From: Candidatus Bathyarchaeia archaeon
Lineage (GTDB): Bacteria; Patescibacteriota; Microgenomatia; PFEM01; JAFGMK01
Length of the DNA stretch: 64,000 bases
Reading direction: 5' to 3'
Assembly: GCA_035529595.1 (NCBI GenBank)
Contig: DATKWK010000017.1
Span: forward strand, 116,970-180,969
A program made the translations under genes and the position numbers. Below are positions 39,156 to 49,388 of the stretch, one piece after another. How positions within the stretch are numbered: the stretch's first letter is position 1; each line of letters begins with the position of its first letter. Below the pieces are notes generated by a model. That model was not told where the DNA came from. It worked only from the letters and a program-made list of their open reading frames with translations, and searched no databases.

Positions 39156-39305
39156 CGGGATAAATTTGCCCTTTCTTTATTTCTAAAGTAACCTATGCTT
39201 AGGAAATAATAGCATGGTTTGGATGTTACGCCAAAACTAGCATTAAACGAAGTCGATTCGCCTAAAAAAGAATTATCGGAGAAATTTGTACAGTAATAAG
39301 CTAAT

Positions 39306-39737
39306 ATGAATTGCCCATTCTGCGATCCTAAAGTAATTGAGAAGCAATCCTTGTATGAAACTGAAAACATTCGGATTATTTATAATATTTGTCCAGCAAA
39401 TAAAGGCCAGTGTTTAGTTGTGCCTAAAAGGCATGTTTTAAACATTCGCGAATTGACAAAAGATGAGTTGGTAGACTTAATTTTCTCAATTCAGCTGGTT
39501 TCTTTAAGGTACGATCAGTATTTTAAACCTGCTGGCTTCAATTATGGCTTCAATGAGGGCAGATATGCCGGACAGATGGTAGATCATTTCCACTTTCACA
39601 TTATGCCTCGTGTCGATGGTGATAAAAATCGATTGCCTGAACATCACCTTTTCCATAGAGACCCCAAAACTAGGCGAAACCTAACATTCGAAGAAATAGA
39701 GCCTTTTGTTACCGAGCTTAAAAAACTATTTCGTTAA
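39306..39737 (+). CDS. HIT family hydrolase
   Basis: HFHFHIMPR histidine triad. Confidence 0.75.
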   Translation: MNCPFCDPKVIEKQSLYETENIRIIYNICPANKGQCLVVPKRHVLNIRELTKDELVDLIFSIQLVSLRYDQYFKPAGFNYGFNEGRYAGQMVDHFHFHIMPRVDGDKNRLPEHHLFHRDPKTRRNLTFEEIEPFVTELKKLFR

Positions 39738-39765
39738 ATCTACGGACAATTCATCTGCGTTTTTT

Positions 39766-39785
39766 CACACCCGATGTGGTTTTCT
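39766..39785. repeat. 20-bp direct repeat R1 (cacacccgatgtggttttct)
   Basis: Identical copies at 40651..40670 and 41561..41580. Confidence 0.8.
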
Positions 39786-39997
39786 CCTTATATGTAGTTC
39801 ACTTACTTGTATTACTTTACCCAAATTGTTTACTTCGCTTTGTTGTTAAGGTAATACCACAAAGTTCGTTTAGAACTTTGTATGTACTGGGGCGTTATAA
39901 GATATGAATTATTGCTATTTAGATTTTTCAGCAAACTTTTTGTGAAATAAAAAGTAGAAGAGGGGCGCCAGAAACGGAACTATAGATATTTATCTTT

Positions 39998-40549
39998 TTA
40001 AAGCAAATCTCTAGGTTGAAAATAAATAACTGAAGCAGCTATAAACATAAAACAACCCATAACGAAAAACATTAAATCAAAACTATTTAAGGTTACCAGA
40101 AAACCTCCCATTAAGGCTCCAAGACCAGTTATAAAACTGGCCATCATTTCCCAACTTCCCCAACCAGACGCTGCTTTACCTTTACTTAGGTGATTAGAAT
40201 AAAGACCATCGTATGCTGGACTACCAATAGCACTGGCAACAGCTAAAATAAGTTGAATAGACAATAAATGAACAAACGAAGAAACAAAAATATAACCGAT
40301 ATAGGCAAGTCCGGTTAGTATATAGCCGATTACCATGGCAATTTCTGGTTCTTTCATTAAATCTTCTTTTTTTCCAAAAAAGTACATTAAAATACCAGTT
40401 GCAAAGGCATATAGAGCAACTGCATATCCTGCCTCTAATATTCCTCCTCCAATATCTTCAATAAAGATTGCATAAATTGGGCTAAACATCATTGCTGCAA
40501 TCTTGCTAAAAGCGCCTGCTACTAGCATTATCTTTAAAGCCTTATTCAT
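39998..40549 (-). CDS. 6-TM membrane protein resembling half of an MFS transporter
   Basis: Six hydrophobic helices. The 183-aa length is about half of a 12-TM MFS protein. Confidence 0.3.
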   Translation of the reverse strand: MNKALKIMLVAGAFSKIAAMMFSPIYAIFIEDIGGGILEAGYAVALYAFATGILMYFFGKKEDLMKEPEIAMVIGYILTGLAYIGYIFVSSFVHLLSIQLILAVASAIGSPAYDGLYSNHLSKGKAASGWGSWEMMASFITGLGALMGGFLVTLNSFDLMFFVMGCFMFIAASVIYFQPRDLL

Positions 40550-40650
40550 GTCAGTATCAGTTTATCATAATTTATTAAAATATTAATTTTTACAGTACAG
40601 AAATTTACCATCAAGCTCTCTTTCTTCGCTGAAAATTTATAATATTACCC

Positions 40651-40670
40651 CACACCCGATGTGGTTTTCT
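40651..40670. repeat. 20-bp direct repeat R2
   Basis: Lies immediately upstream of the HIT 3' fragment. Confidence 0.8.
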
Positions 40671-40677
40671 TTTAGAA

Positions 40678-40833
40678 CATCTTCACTTTCATGTCATTCC
40701 TCGCTATCAAGATGATGGGCTGTCCAGCATTCACTTGTTTCATAGAGGTCCTGAAACTAAAGATAAGTTAAATCTCTCTAATGGAGAACTGCGACCTATT
40801 GTAGAAGAATTTAAAAAGCTGTTTCGAAAATAA
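40678..40833 (+). pseudogene. 3' fragment of a second, divergent HIT gene (about the last 50 codons, no start)
   Basis: Translates to HLHFHVIPRYQDDGLSSIHLFHRGPETKDKL...FKKLFRK*, collinear with the C-terminus of the intact HIT gene. DNA identity is only moderate. Confidence 0.55.
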
Positions 40834-41005
40834 TGCAGTGAGTTATACTCTGCGCTCCTGTTAGTCGCTTGCCGCGCTGCGCTTTCACAAAAATGCTAAT
40901 TTTGAAATTTTAGTATTTTTGTTCAGGTCATCTAACACGGTATATCTAGCTCGCTTGTTGCACTCGCTCGACCCGAATTAGCCAATGTTGTAAAATAGAA
41001 GACAA

Positions 41006-41596
41006 ATGAGTTTTTTTGATTTTCTAGTTTCTGGTTCTGTATTCCTAAGCCTTTTAGCGCTAATTTTTTATGGTTCTGTGTGGTTGCTAAAAGAAAGCAC
41101 CAAAAAGTTATTAGAGAAAGAACTTGAGAAGCATAAAAATAATCTGTCCAAAGAGCTAGAAGTTTACAAAAAAGAAATTGATCTTAGCTATCGACATCAG
41201 TTAAGTCTTCAAGATAGAAGCAGAAAGCTTTTTGAAGAGTTTTCAAACTCACTAGAGGAAATTTACAAAACGAAAGGGGATGAATTATCACTCAGGTTAA
41301 ACAAGCTCTTTGGACTTTTGGCCCTTTACGCACCTGACAAAGTTTATAGGGTCTTGAGAAAATCCTTGGACGGGAAGGCACTACCTAATGAAGTAAAGCC
41401 TCCGATATATTTTGCTTTAAGAAAATCACTTTTTGGTGCCAAGTCAAAGCTAAAAGAGGGCGATTTGATTAAACATATTAAGGCTAAAAGATTAATGCTA
41501 AAAGATAGATACTTATTAAGTAGACATTGGCTAACTTCAGATATACCGATAAGATTTTTCCACACCCGATGTGGTTTTCTCAATACCGATGTATAG
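41006..41596 (+). CDS. hypothetical membrane-anchored coiled-coil protein
   Basis: N-terminal transmembrane segment and a Lys/Glu-rich coiled coil. The ORF reads through repeat R3. Confidence 0.3.
   Translation: MSFFDFLVSGSVFLSLLALIFYGSVWLLKESTKKLLEKELEKHKNNLSKELEVYKKEIDLSYRHQLSLQDRSRKLFEEFSNSLEEIYKTKGDELSLRLNKLFGLLALYAPDKVYRVLRKSLDGKALPNEVKPPIYFALRKSLFGAKSKLKEGDLIKHIKAKRLMLKDRYLLSRHWLTSDIPIRFFHTRCGFLNTDV
41561..41580. repeat. 20-bp direct repeat R3
   Basis: Followed 40 bp downstream by an inverted partial copy, ccacatcgg. Confidence 0.8.
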
Positions 41597-41732
41597 TATC
41601 TGCGCCACATCGGCTGTGGAGACGCTTAAGTTCGGCTAACATACAATTTATTGCACTATGACACAAAAAATTCGAATATACACTAGTTAGGCGATATATT
41701 ACTTAAGAAATTATCGAGATGTTAATGTAAAG

Positions 41733-42011
41733 ATGAGGAAAAAGCTTGCTGTAGCAATTCTTATGTTAATAATTGCAACTCTTTTATTCCTACTGTATAT
41801 GCGATTTGGAGAGGAATTGTATATTAAATACAGATATCCGGATCCTGAATCGTATTGGCATGATTACGACGTGCATTACCAGTTTTGCAATTCTAAAGGA
41901 TATGAGCGATGTCAACCATCAATTATTTGCAAGCAGGAGATGTCGGATTGCCTCTCAGGGTGTATCCGGTCTTGCCTGCCAAAACAAGATAATACGTTTG
42001 GACTGAAATAG
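41733..42011 (+). CDS. small membrane-anchored Cys-rich protein (7 Cys)
   Basis: One transmembrane helix followed by a Cys-rich ~60-aa domain. Confidence 0.3.
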   Translation: MRKKLAVAILMLIIATLLFLLYMRFGEELYIKYRYPDPESYWHDYDVHYQFCNSKGYERCQPSIICKQEMSDCLSGCIRSCLPKQDNTFGLK

Positions 42012-42155
42012 CATTTTTTATAATACATCGCCTAATACGGGCTATACGGTCCTTCGACTCTACTCCGGACCCAAATCCTAGTAGAATTAGGATCGGGACT
42101 TTTTATAGCCCGAAACGTTAAATGAAATAGAAAAAATTTATTATCTGAGTAATTT

Positions 42156-42743
42156 ATGAAAATCACGAAGCTAGAAAAGGTCTACTATTTTACTACAGAC
42201 TTAGTTCTTATTGTTATAGTGCTAATTGGGATTATAGTCAGCTTAATTTCAATAAACAGAAAGGTATCAACGCTTTCTTTCGACTTAGCCAGACATATTC
42301 ATCTGCCGGCATCTCCGACTCCAAAGCCAGATGTTAGGTTCAATCCAATGAATTGGAAAAAATATACGAGCAAGTTATATGGCATTACTCTAAGGTACCC
42401 TCGTGATGTCGAATTTACAGCCTCGCCTCTGTTTGACAAAGAATTTTTAAGCGTAAAAAACGAAAATGGCTATATGACTCTTCAGTCGGGGTGTCGACTG
42501 AGCCAGTTCCCAAACTTTGAAGATCGTGTTTCAGTAGGTGGGATTATGGTTGACAGGTTTTGGTTTTTAAAATCAGGGAGACATAATATATACAAAGCTG
42601 AAGTGGTGATTAAGGAATCACCGAATATTGATAAAAAGGAGTGTATTGATATTTCAATGGGATTAAAACCAGAAAAAGAGGAGGAAACGAGACAGTTATT
42701 TGACTTTATTCTGAACCTTATAGAATACAGGAAGGTAAAGTAA
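42156..42743 (+). CDS. hypothetical membrane-anchored protein
   Basis: N-terminal transmembrane helix. No motif. Confidence 0.3.
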   Translation: MKITKLEKVYYFTTDLVLIVIVLIGIIVSLISINRKVSTLSFDLARHIHLPASPTPKPDVRFNPMNWKKYTSKLYGITLRYPRDVEFTASPLFDKEFLSVKNENGYMTLQSGCRLSQFPNFEDRVSVGGIMVDRFWFLKSGRHNIYKAEVVIKESPNIDKKECIDISMGLKPEKEEETRQLFDFILNLIEYRKVK

Positions 42744-42920
42744 GGAGAATATTTTCTACATCACATAAGAGCGTGTATGCGGTTCAGTCACACCGCTGCG
42801 CTGTGTTGCAAAATTCTTATTCATTAACTTTTTTAAATTAAATGAAAAAAATTGCCGCCGTGATTTTGGAAAATAATCGCGGTGAAATTCTTCTACCATA
42901 AAAGATTCTACTGGATCGGT

Positions 42921-43973
42921 CTATAAGGACAGGCCTGATTTTAGACGGAGCAGTTTCCAACGGAGATTTTCTGCCAGGCGCGCCAAATAGTAAAGCTGAG
43001 GGTTAATTACCAAGTCATAAGTGCCTAGAAATTCAACAATTTGGCCGCCGAAGCCGGTTTTAAACCGGTGCCAGCCAAACCAAGGGTCTTTCGGGTCGGG
43101 GCTAGGTCCGAGGCTTCCCCAGAGATCGAAACTTTTACAGCCGTTTCTTTTACCAAACCTGATTGCTTCCCACATCATGGTATAAGCGGGCATCACTTCT
43201 TGATGCTCACGTGAAGAAGCTCCGTATGGGTAGTAAAGTACGTTATTGAAAACAAATAACACCCAAGCCACGAGAACTTTTTTTTGGTATTTAGCCAAGA
43301 ATAAACGGGCAATTCCGGCCGGATTTAAAATTTTCCACATCTTACGGTGATATTCGGAGCTGTGGGCATAAAACTTTTGCCTTTGGGTCGTTTCATTCAT
43401 AAGCTTAAGGTAAGTTTCAAAAGCAGCCGGAGAATTGTCTTCAATTATTTCGACACCTTTCTTTTGCGCCAGGCGGATGTTGTAGCGGGTTTTTTCTTTC
43501 ATAGCATCCAAGAGTTTTTCTTCCGTTTGTTCAAGGTCAATCTTAAAGGTGTAACGGGTAAACAGTGGCCGTCCCGGTCGGCAGCCATGGGCGGTTAGAA
43601 AATCCTTAATCGGTTGATACTTTTTTTCTGCGTTTCCCGGAATTTCCCGAACCGGTGAACCGACATTTGGTTCCAATCTGATAAAAATCGCTTTTTGTTT
43701 TTCGCCCAGGCTTTTAAGCGAAGAAAGCATTGTTCCGTCCGGCATTGGGCCTTTGGGAAAGTAAATCACATTAAGATTTAGTTGAGGGATCGGTAAGGGG
43801 TGAATTGTTAATTGATAGGCGTTTTTAATTTTTTTTTCCTCAAAGGCACCCAGACGAACGACTTTGACTCCGGTTGTTTTTCTGAATTCTCCCCACTCCC
43901 AAGATTGGAGAGGATGGGTTACAATTTCATTAAATTGCTCCTTTTCTTCGCTGTAAACTTCTCGAACGATCAT
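42921..43973 (-). CDS. FemAB family peptidyltransferase (FemX-like), paralogue of 38289..39155
   Basis: Shares the FemAB blocks listed for the first paralogue. 350 aa. Confidence 0.55.
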   Translation of the reverse strand: MIVREVYSEEKEQFNEIVTHPLQSWEWGEFRKTTGVKVVRLGAFEEKKIKNAYQLTIHPLPIPQLNLNVIYFPKGPMPDGTMLSSLKSLGEKQKAIFIRLEPNVGSPVREIPGNAEKKYQPIKDFLTAHGCRPGRPLFTRYTFKIDLEQTEEKLLDAMKEKTRYNIRLAQKKGVEIIEDNSPAAFETYLKLMNETTQRQKFYAHSSEYHRKMWKILNPAGIARLFLAKYQKKVLVAWVLFVFNNVLYYPYGASSREHQEVMPAYTMMWEAIRFGKRNGCKSFDLWGSLGPSPDPKDPWFGWHRFKTGFGGQIVEFLGTYDLVINPQLYYLARLAENLRWKLLRLKSGLSL

Positions 43974-43998
43974 GGTTAATTAATTTAATAAGTTGTAC

Positions 43999-45843
43999 TT
44001 ATATTGTATCAGAGACGAAGTCGTCTTCCGGTGAGTCAACTAAATCAACAGGAATGTCTTTAATAAAACGGGAAACAGGGTTATTTAGCCGTTGGCCAAA
44101 GTAAAGTCGGCGATGAGCGTAGGTTAAGTACAGCCTTTCTTTGGCTCTAGTGATACCGACATAGTAAAGCCGCCTTTCCTCTTCCAAACCTTCCTTATCA
44201 AGAAGACTTCGTGAATGGGGGAAAAGTCCTTCTTCCATTCCGAGGATAAAAACAACCGGAAACTCAGTCCCTTTGGCGGCATGCATAGTCATCAGCGTTA
44301 AGCCTTTTGATGAAATAGGCTGAGACTTGTTTTTAGGGAGACTTTCTTTTTGAATTAAGGCAACATTTTCCAAGAAGTCATTTAAGTTTGGAAATTGGGT
44401 CGCCACCGAACGGAGTTCCTGAATATTTTCGATTCGGCTTAAATCCTCCTCTCTTTGGCGATCATAAGATTCCAGGTAGCTGACGGCTGCCAAAATTTTA
44501 TCAAGGATTTGAATTGTGACCAGCTCTGACATCTTAAGTTGCTTTACCAGCTCTTGAAACTTTTCCAACCTTTTTTTTCCTAATTTTTCGATTCTTTGAT
44601 GGGATATCAGATCGGCAGGATTGGCCAGAAGTCTTAAATAAGCTAAACAGTCTTTAATTTCCTTTCTTTCGTAAAAACGGGTGCCGCCGACTAGGACATA
44701 AGGAAGGCCGCTGCGAAGAAGAGTTTCTTCGATGACCCTTGATTGGGCATTAGTTCGGTAAAGAATGGCAAATTGGTCGAAAGATCGATTGCCGTCAAGA
44801 GTCAGTGATTGAATAGTATTGACTGTAAAGAGAGCTTCATCCAGCTCGTCTGCTGCATGGTAGAGCGTGATTTTCTCTCCTTCTCTCTTTTCAGTCCATA
44901 GTTTTAAAATGGGGTGTGAGGTGTTTTTTTTGATCACTTCATTGGCTGCCTGAAGGATTGTCTTGGTTGAACGGTAATTTTGTTCAAAGTTGATAATTTT
45001 TAAGTCCGTATAATCTGAACGGAGGTTAAGGATGTTGCGATAATTAGCTCCCCGCCACGAATAGATTGATTGGCTGGCATCTCCGACAACACAAAGCCGG
45101 CGATATTTTTTGCTCAGAAGTTTAGTCAGCCGGTATTGGGCGCGATTAGTATCCTGGTATTCGTCAACTAAAAGGTAGTGGAATTTATCCTGATAGAAGG
45201 TTAATACTTTCTTTTCAGTTTCCAAAAGCCTGACTGCTTCTAGCAACAGATCATCGAAATCAAGGGCATTATATTCTCTAAGCATTTTTTGATAGATGAC
45301 AAAAATTCCGGCGACGGTTTTTTGAAATGGCCCACGAACATACTGCTGATACTCGCTGGGTGTAATGAGTTCGTTTTTTGCCTGAGAGATAGTAGCCAAA
45401 ACTGAGGCAGGATTGAATTTTTTGGGAGAGATATCTAATTTAACCATGGCTTGTTTCACTGTTTGTAACTGGTCTTGTTCGTCAAAGATGCTAAAGCCGG
45501 CCGGTAAGCCGAGATATTTACCCTCTTTTCTTAGAAGGCGGGCACAGAAGGAATGAAAGGTACCGGTCCATGGAAGGGTAGATATTGAAGAATCCGTTCC
45601 CGGGCCAAGTAAGGCTTTGATTCGTTTCTTCATTTCTTCAGCCGCTTTGTTAGTAAAAGTTACCAGGAGTATCTTATCGGGATCGACACCTGTTGCCTTA
45701 ATTAAGTAAACAACTTTGTAAATAAGGGCACGTGTTTTACCGGAACCGGCTCCAGCTAATATAAGCAGCGGTCCTTGGTTATAGACAACTGCCTCTTGTT
45801 GGTGAGGATTAAGTTGGGATAGAATACCGTCAAGATTTGACAT
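43999..45843 (-). CDS. pcrA: ATP-dependent DNA helicase PcrA/UvrD
   Basis: AGAGSGKT Walker A and collinear UvrD motifs. 614 aa. Confidence 0.8.
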   Translation of the reverse strand: MSNLDGILSQLNPHQQEAVVYNQGPLLILAGAGSGKTRALIYKVVYLIKATGVDPDKILLVTFTNKAAEEMKKRIKALLGPGTDSSISTLPWTGTFHSFCARLLRKEGKYLGLPAGFSIFDEQDQLQTVKQAMVKLDISPKKFNPASVLATISQAKNELITPSEYQQYVRGPFQKTVAGIFVIYQKMLREYNALDFDDLLLEAVRLLETEKKVLTFYQDKFHYLLVDEYQDTNRAQYRLTKLLSKKYRRLCVVGDASQSIYSWRGANYRNILNLRSDYTDLKIINFEQNYRSTKTILQAANEVIKKNTSHPILKLWTEKREGEKITLYHAADELDEALFTVNTIQSLTLDGNRSFDQFAILYRTNAQSRVIEETLLRSGLPYVLVGGTRFYERKEIKDCLAYLRLLANPADLISHQRIEKLGKKRLEKFQELVKQLKMSELVTIQILDKILAAVSYLESYDRQREEDLSRIENIQELRSVATQFPNLNDFLENVALIQKESLPKNKSQPISSKGLTLMTMHAAKGTEFPVVFILGMEEGLFPHSRSLLDKEGLEEERRLYYVGITRAKERLYLTYAHRRLYFGQRLNNPVSRFIKDIPVDLVDSPEDDFVSDTI

Positions 45844-46940
45844 CGGTTAATCTTAGCATTCTTATGGTAAAGAAAAAAGACAAATTCTTAAGTAAGGTAA
45901 GAAGAAAATTATCAAGAAATATCTATCTATTTCGTTTTCTGTTTTTTTCTCTAATAGGCGGTGCCGTAATATTTGCCTTAAATTTCATACTGCCGACTTC
46001 GTTGCGTCTAGTCAGGAGCTTATTTAAAGAGCCCCTGCTTTTAGCTTCTCATTCTTTTGAAGACTTAAGGTCTACAGACGGCCGAATCAATATTTTGTTT
46101 CTAGGAGCCGGGGGTAGTAATCATCAAGGTGCTGATTTAACCGATTCCATAATATTTGTTTCGCTTGGGTTAGAGAATCAAGATATTTTAATGCTTTCTT
46201 TGCCTCGGGATATATGGATTCCTTCAATGAGGGCCAAGATTAATACTGCCTATCATTACGGTGAGAAAAAAAGACCGGGCGGTGGTTTGGTTTTGGCAAA
46301 ATCGGCGGTCAGTGAAATCTTGGACCAGCCGGTCCATTACGCGGTTTTGGTAAATTTCCAGGGATTTATAAAGGCGATTGATCTTCTGGGAGGGGTGGAT
46401 ATCGAAGTCGAGCGGAGTTTTGATGATTATAAATACCCGATTCCGGGTATGGAAAATGCCCAGCCGGAAGAGTTGCGTTTCGAGCAGCTGCATTTTGATG
46501 TCGGTTGGCAGCACTTGGATGGCGACAGGGCGTTAAAATATGCGCGTTCCCGTTACGCTGATGGTGAAGAAGGAACCGATTTTGCCCGTTCAAAAAGACA
46601 ACAAAAATTGATTCTGGCCTTGATGAAAAAAGTCTTTTCTTCTAAAACCTTCTTGAGTCCTCAGCGGATTTTCGAACTGGGCAAAATTTTAAAAGAATAT
46701 CTTGATACTGATCTTTACCAGGAAGACTATCTCTCGTTCCTTGAACTGGCTCTCAGATTTAGACAAGGAGAAATTAGGTCAGCGATACTGGATGGGATAA
46801 CTGGAGTCGAAGAAGGCTATTTAATTAATCCACCCCAGAGTGAAAAGTATGATCAGCAGTGGGTTTTGGTTCCCAGAACCGGCGACTGGCAGGAAATCCA
46901 AAAATACGTTGTTTCCTTGATAGAAAAAAAAGATAAATGA
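45837..46940 (+). CDS. LCP (LytR-CpsA-Psr) family cell-envelope polymer transferase
   Basis: N-terminal transmembrane segment plus INILFLGAGG...DSIIFVSL...LSLPRDIWIP, the LCP core. Confidence 0.7.
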   Translation: MTSVNLSILMVKKKDKFLSKVRRKLSRNIYLFRFLFFSLIGGAVIFALNFILPTSLRLVRSLFKEPLLLASHSFEDLRSTDGRINILFLGAGGSNHQGADLTDSIIFVSLGLENQDILMLSLPRDIWIPSMRAKINTAYHYGEKKRPGGGLVLAKSAVSEILDQPVHYAVLVNFQGFIKAIDLLGGVDIEVERSFDDYKYPIPGMENAQPEELRFEQLHFDVGWQHLDGDRALKYARSRYADGEEGTDFARSKRQQKLILALMKKVFSSKTFLSPQRIFELGKILKEYLDTDLYQEDYLSFLELALRFRQGEIRSAILDGITGVEEGYLINPPQSEKYDQQWVLVPRTGDWQEIQKYVVSLIEKKDK

Positions 46941-46965
46941 AGCCTGTAAGATTACTTCAATAACT

Positions 46966-49122
46966 TTAAATCTGGTAGATTTCGTAAATTTTAGTATTGC
47001 CCGAGCTAAAGATTACCTTCCCAAGAGAACTAAGGACTTCTTCACTTAAGTCAGGATAAGCTTCTTTTTCCAAAGTGCCGACGAAAATATATCTGACTTG
47101 ATATTTTTGCAGTAGTTCTTTGACTTCTTCCAGATTTTGAGAAGTGTAGATTTTTTTCACCTCTTCGGTTCTGGCGGCGGAAATATCGAAGGTTCCCCGC
47201 CACAGCCACTCGTGAACACGCCAGCCTAAGATAGTTGGCAGACCGGTATTGGCACTAACCCGGGCGTAGTCAGTATAGCTTTCTCCAACAGCTTCAACGA
47301 TAACCGGGTCGTCCTTCACATTTTCATTAAGCCAGGTAATCGCCTGATAGTCGTTCGGGTAGGTAGCGGAGAGATATTTCGTACCGTCCAGACCGCGAGA
47401 GGTTTTTAGATCGCCGTAGTAAGATCTGATAGCAAACCGGGGATAGGATATAATTACCGCTGCTCCGGCGGCAAATAAAAAGAAGAAAGCTTTTTTAAAT
47501 CCTTTATTCGCCGAGCCGGTTAAGATTCTGACGAAAATATAACCGCTTAATAAGTAAAATACAACAAAGGCTTGATAAGTAAGCTTAAACATGGTATTGG
47601 CTCGCTGGTGGTTATGAGCGTAGATATCTTTAACGCGCAAGATTTCGGGAAAAGCAATTAAAAGCCAGGAGACGATAATCAGTGTCAGAACCAAATAATC
47701 CGCCGGCTCAACCTTTTTATTTTTTCTGATTAGGGCAACGAAACAGATGGAATTAAAAAGAGGAAAACCCCAAAGAAATAAGAGCATCCATGGTGGTGAG
47801 TGAAAGTCTACCAGGGCAATTCCCTGAGCAATATTTTTAAAATTTAGGTGAAACGGTAAACTGGCAATAATACTGACCAGCACTAACCAAGAACAGAAAC
47901 CGACAGTATCTATCCAGACTTTTTCCCGTTTGCCGGTCAAGTAATTAAAAGACAATATCGCTGCCCCGGCATAGAGGAGATAGATAGGATAATCCCAGGC
48001 ATTAGTCATAAAGGCAATCCCTAACATAAGGGCTAAAAAAGTAAGTAAGGGTAGCTGGTTTAAAGTTGTGTTGATAGTACTGGTAATCAGCGATAAATAA
48101 GGAATTTGCCCCAGTTCATCTTTCAGAACAGAAACGATCTTTTTGCCGATTTTTTGCAATTTTTCTCCAGCTTTAGCCGGTTGTTTATTTTCTTCGCTAA
48201 ATTGATAGAGGCGCTGGAGTAGAGTAATAATTAAGGCAATCATCAAAAGAGCAGTCGGAAGATTAAGGAAATGTCCATGCAGATCAGAAACTACTAAGCT
48301 GTAGCTGGGAAATTCGTGGATAGTGTTATCGGCAGCGCCGAATTTGTCGACAATAAATCTGGTAGCGTCGGGATACCAATAGGTCTTAAGGGTTTTTTCC
48401 GTAAACCAGTGATAAAGAATCTGCCAATTACCGCCGAAGGTAAGCATGAAAGCGGAAAGCAGGCCGCCTATTAATAAGGGCAAGTGGGTTTTTTTCTTTC
48501 CCTGGGACCATTTAATTAAGTTCGAGGTAATCGAGAAACCAGCTGAAAGAGCTTGACCACAGATAGTCGCCAGCATGAGATTATAGGTAATGGCTGAAGC
48601 AATTCCGGAAATCCGGGTTAAAAGGGCGGTTTGGTAGTGGCCGAAGTAATAGTAATTGATGGAATTACCGGCTAACCACATATCATTGGGAGGAAAGAAG
48701 CGGCTTCGTAGAATGGCATTAACAAATCCAAAGTCCATGAATTTTTCCAGACCATTAATGTCAGGTTGAAAAGACCGGATGTGAGCCCAGAAGAAAAGAC
48801 CGAAAACAAAGAGACATTCTTCAAAAATAATTACTCGCCAACCCTTAATAAATTCTACTAAAAGCTGTTTCCGGCGTTTGATTAAATAGAGATTTAAAAG
48901 AATAATTAATGCGATTGAGAGGGAGATTGAAATTCGGGTGAAAGGCAATAGCTTTAAAATTGCCAATAACCAAACTAAATAAGAAACAAGTACCAGGGAG
49001 ATAATTTTGGCAAAAGCATATCCCCGATCGTAAAATTTAACAAACAGTGTCCAAGTTAAAGGAAGGTTGATTAAACCGAGGACAAAGATTATCAACCACC
49101 AATAAAAAGTCGGATTAAGCAT
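46966..49122 (-). CDS. large polytopic membrane protein with a C-terminal extracytoplasmic domain, putative GT-C-like glycosyl/oligosaccharyl transferase
   Basis: About 13 transmembrane helices followed by a ~170-aa soluble domain. AWDYPIY is loosely reminiscent of the STT3 WWDYG motif. Confidence 0.3.
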   Translation of the reverse strand: MLNPTFYWWLIIFVLGLINLPLTWTLFVKFYDRGYAFAKIISLVLVSYLVWLLAILKLLPFTRISISLSIALIILLNLYLIKRRKQLLVEFIKGWRVIIFEECLFVFGLFFWAHIRSFQPDINGLEKFMDFGFVNAILRSRFFPPNDMWLAGNSINYYYFGHYQTALLTRISGIASAITYNLMLATICGQALSAGFSITSNLIKWSQGKKKTHLPLLIGGLLSAFMLTFGGNWQILYHWFTEKTLKTYWYPDATRFIVDKFGAADNTIHEFPSYSLVVSDLHGHFLNLPTALLMIALIITLLQRLYQFSEENKQPAKAGEKLQKIGKKIVSVLKDELGQIPYLSLITSTINTTLNQLPLLTFLALMLGIAFMTNAWDYPIYLLYAGAAILSFNYLTGKREKVWIDTVGFCSWLVLVSIIASLPFHLNFKNIAQGIALVDFHSPPWMLLFLWGFPLFNSICFVALIRKNKKVEPADYLVLTLIIVSWLLIAFPEILRVKDIYAHNHQRANTMFKLTYQAFVVFYLLSGYIFVRILTGSANKGFKKAFFFLFAAGAAVIISYPRFAIRSYYGDLKTSRGLDGTKYLSATYPNDYQAITWLNENVKDDPVIVEAVGESYTDYARVSANTGLPTILGWRVHEWLWRGTFDISAARTEEVKKIYTSQNLEEVKELLQKYQVRYIFVGTLEKEAYPDLSEEVLSSLGKVIFSSGNTKIYEIYQI

Positions 49123-49388
49123 TTAAGAATATCCCCTTTTTTACTTTACTACATCACAATTTTAATTTAAAGAAAACCGATGAATATTTAAGATTCGCTC
49201 TTTATCAATTATAATAACAAAAAGTGACAGTTCAAACTACTGGTACAGATAGCCTCAAGACAATGGGGTGAGATCACCAACAGATACTGACGTAAGTCAT
49301 GCAGGCTGGCTTGGCGTTACGGGCGGGAAGACACCCCGAGGATGGAAGGATTTTGAACTATTACAGCAAAAACAGGAGCTTTGAAAAA

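Noticed and set aside
40834-41005. An integron attC site after the HIT fragment
   Set aside because: No convincing R''/L''-L'/R' (RYYYAAC...GTTRRRY) architecture could be found by eye. Only short GC-rich direct motifs are present. It is left as an open possibility under the island finding rather than called.
39766-41580. Whether the three 20-bp direct repeats constitute a CRISPR array
   Set aside because: The spacing is ~900 bp with protein-coding units between repeats, only three copies are present, and no cas genes are nearby. It is not a CRISPR.
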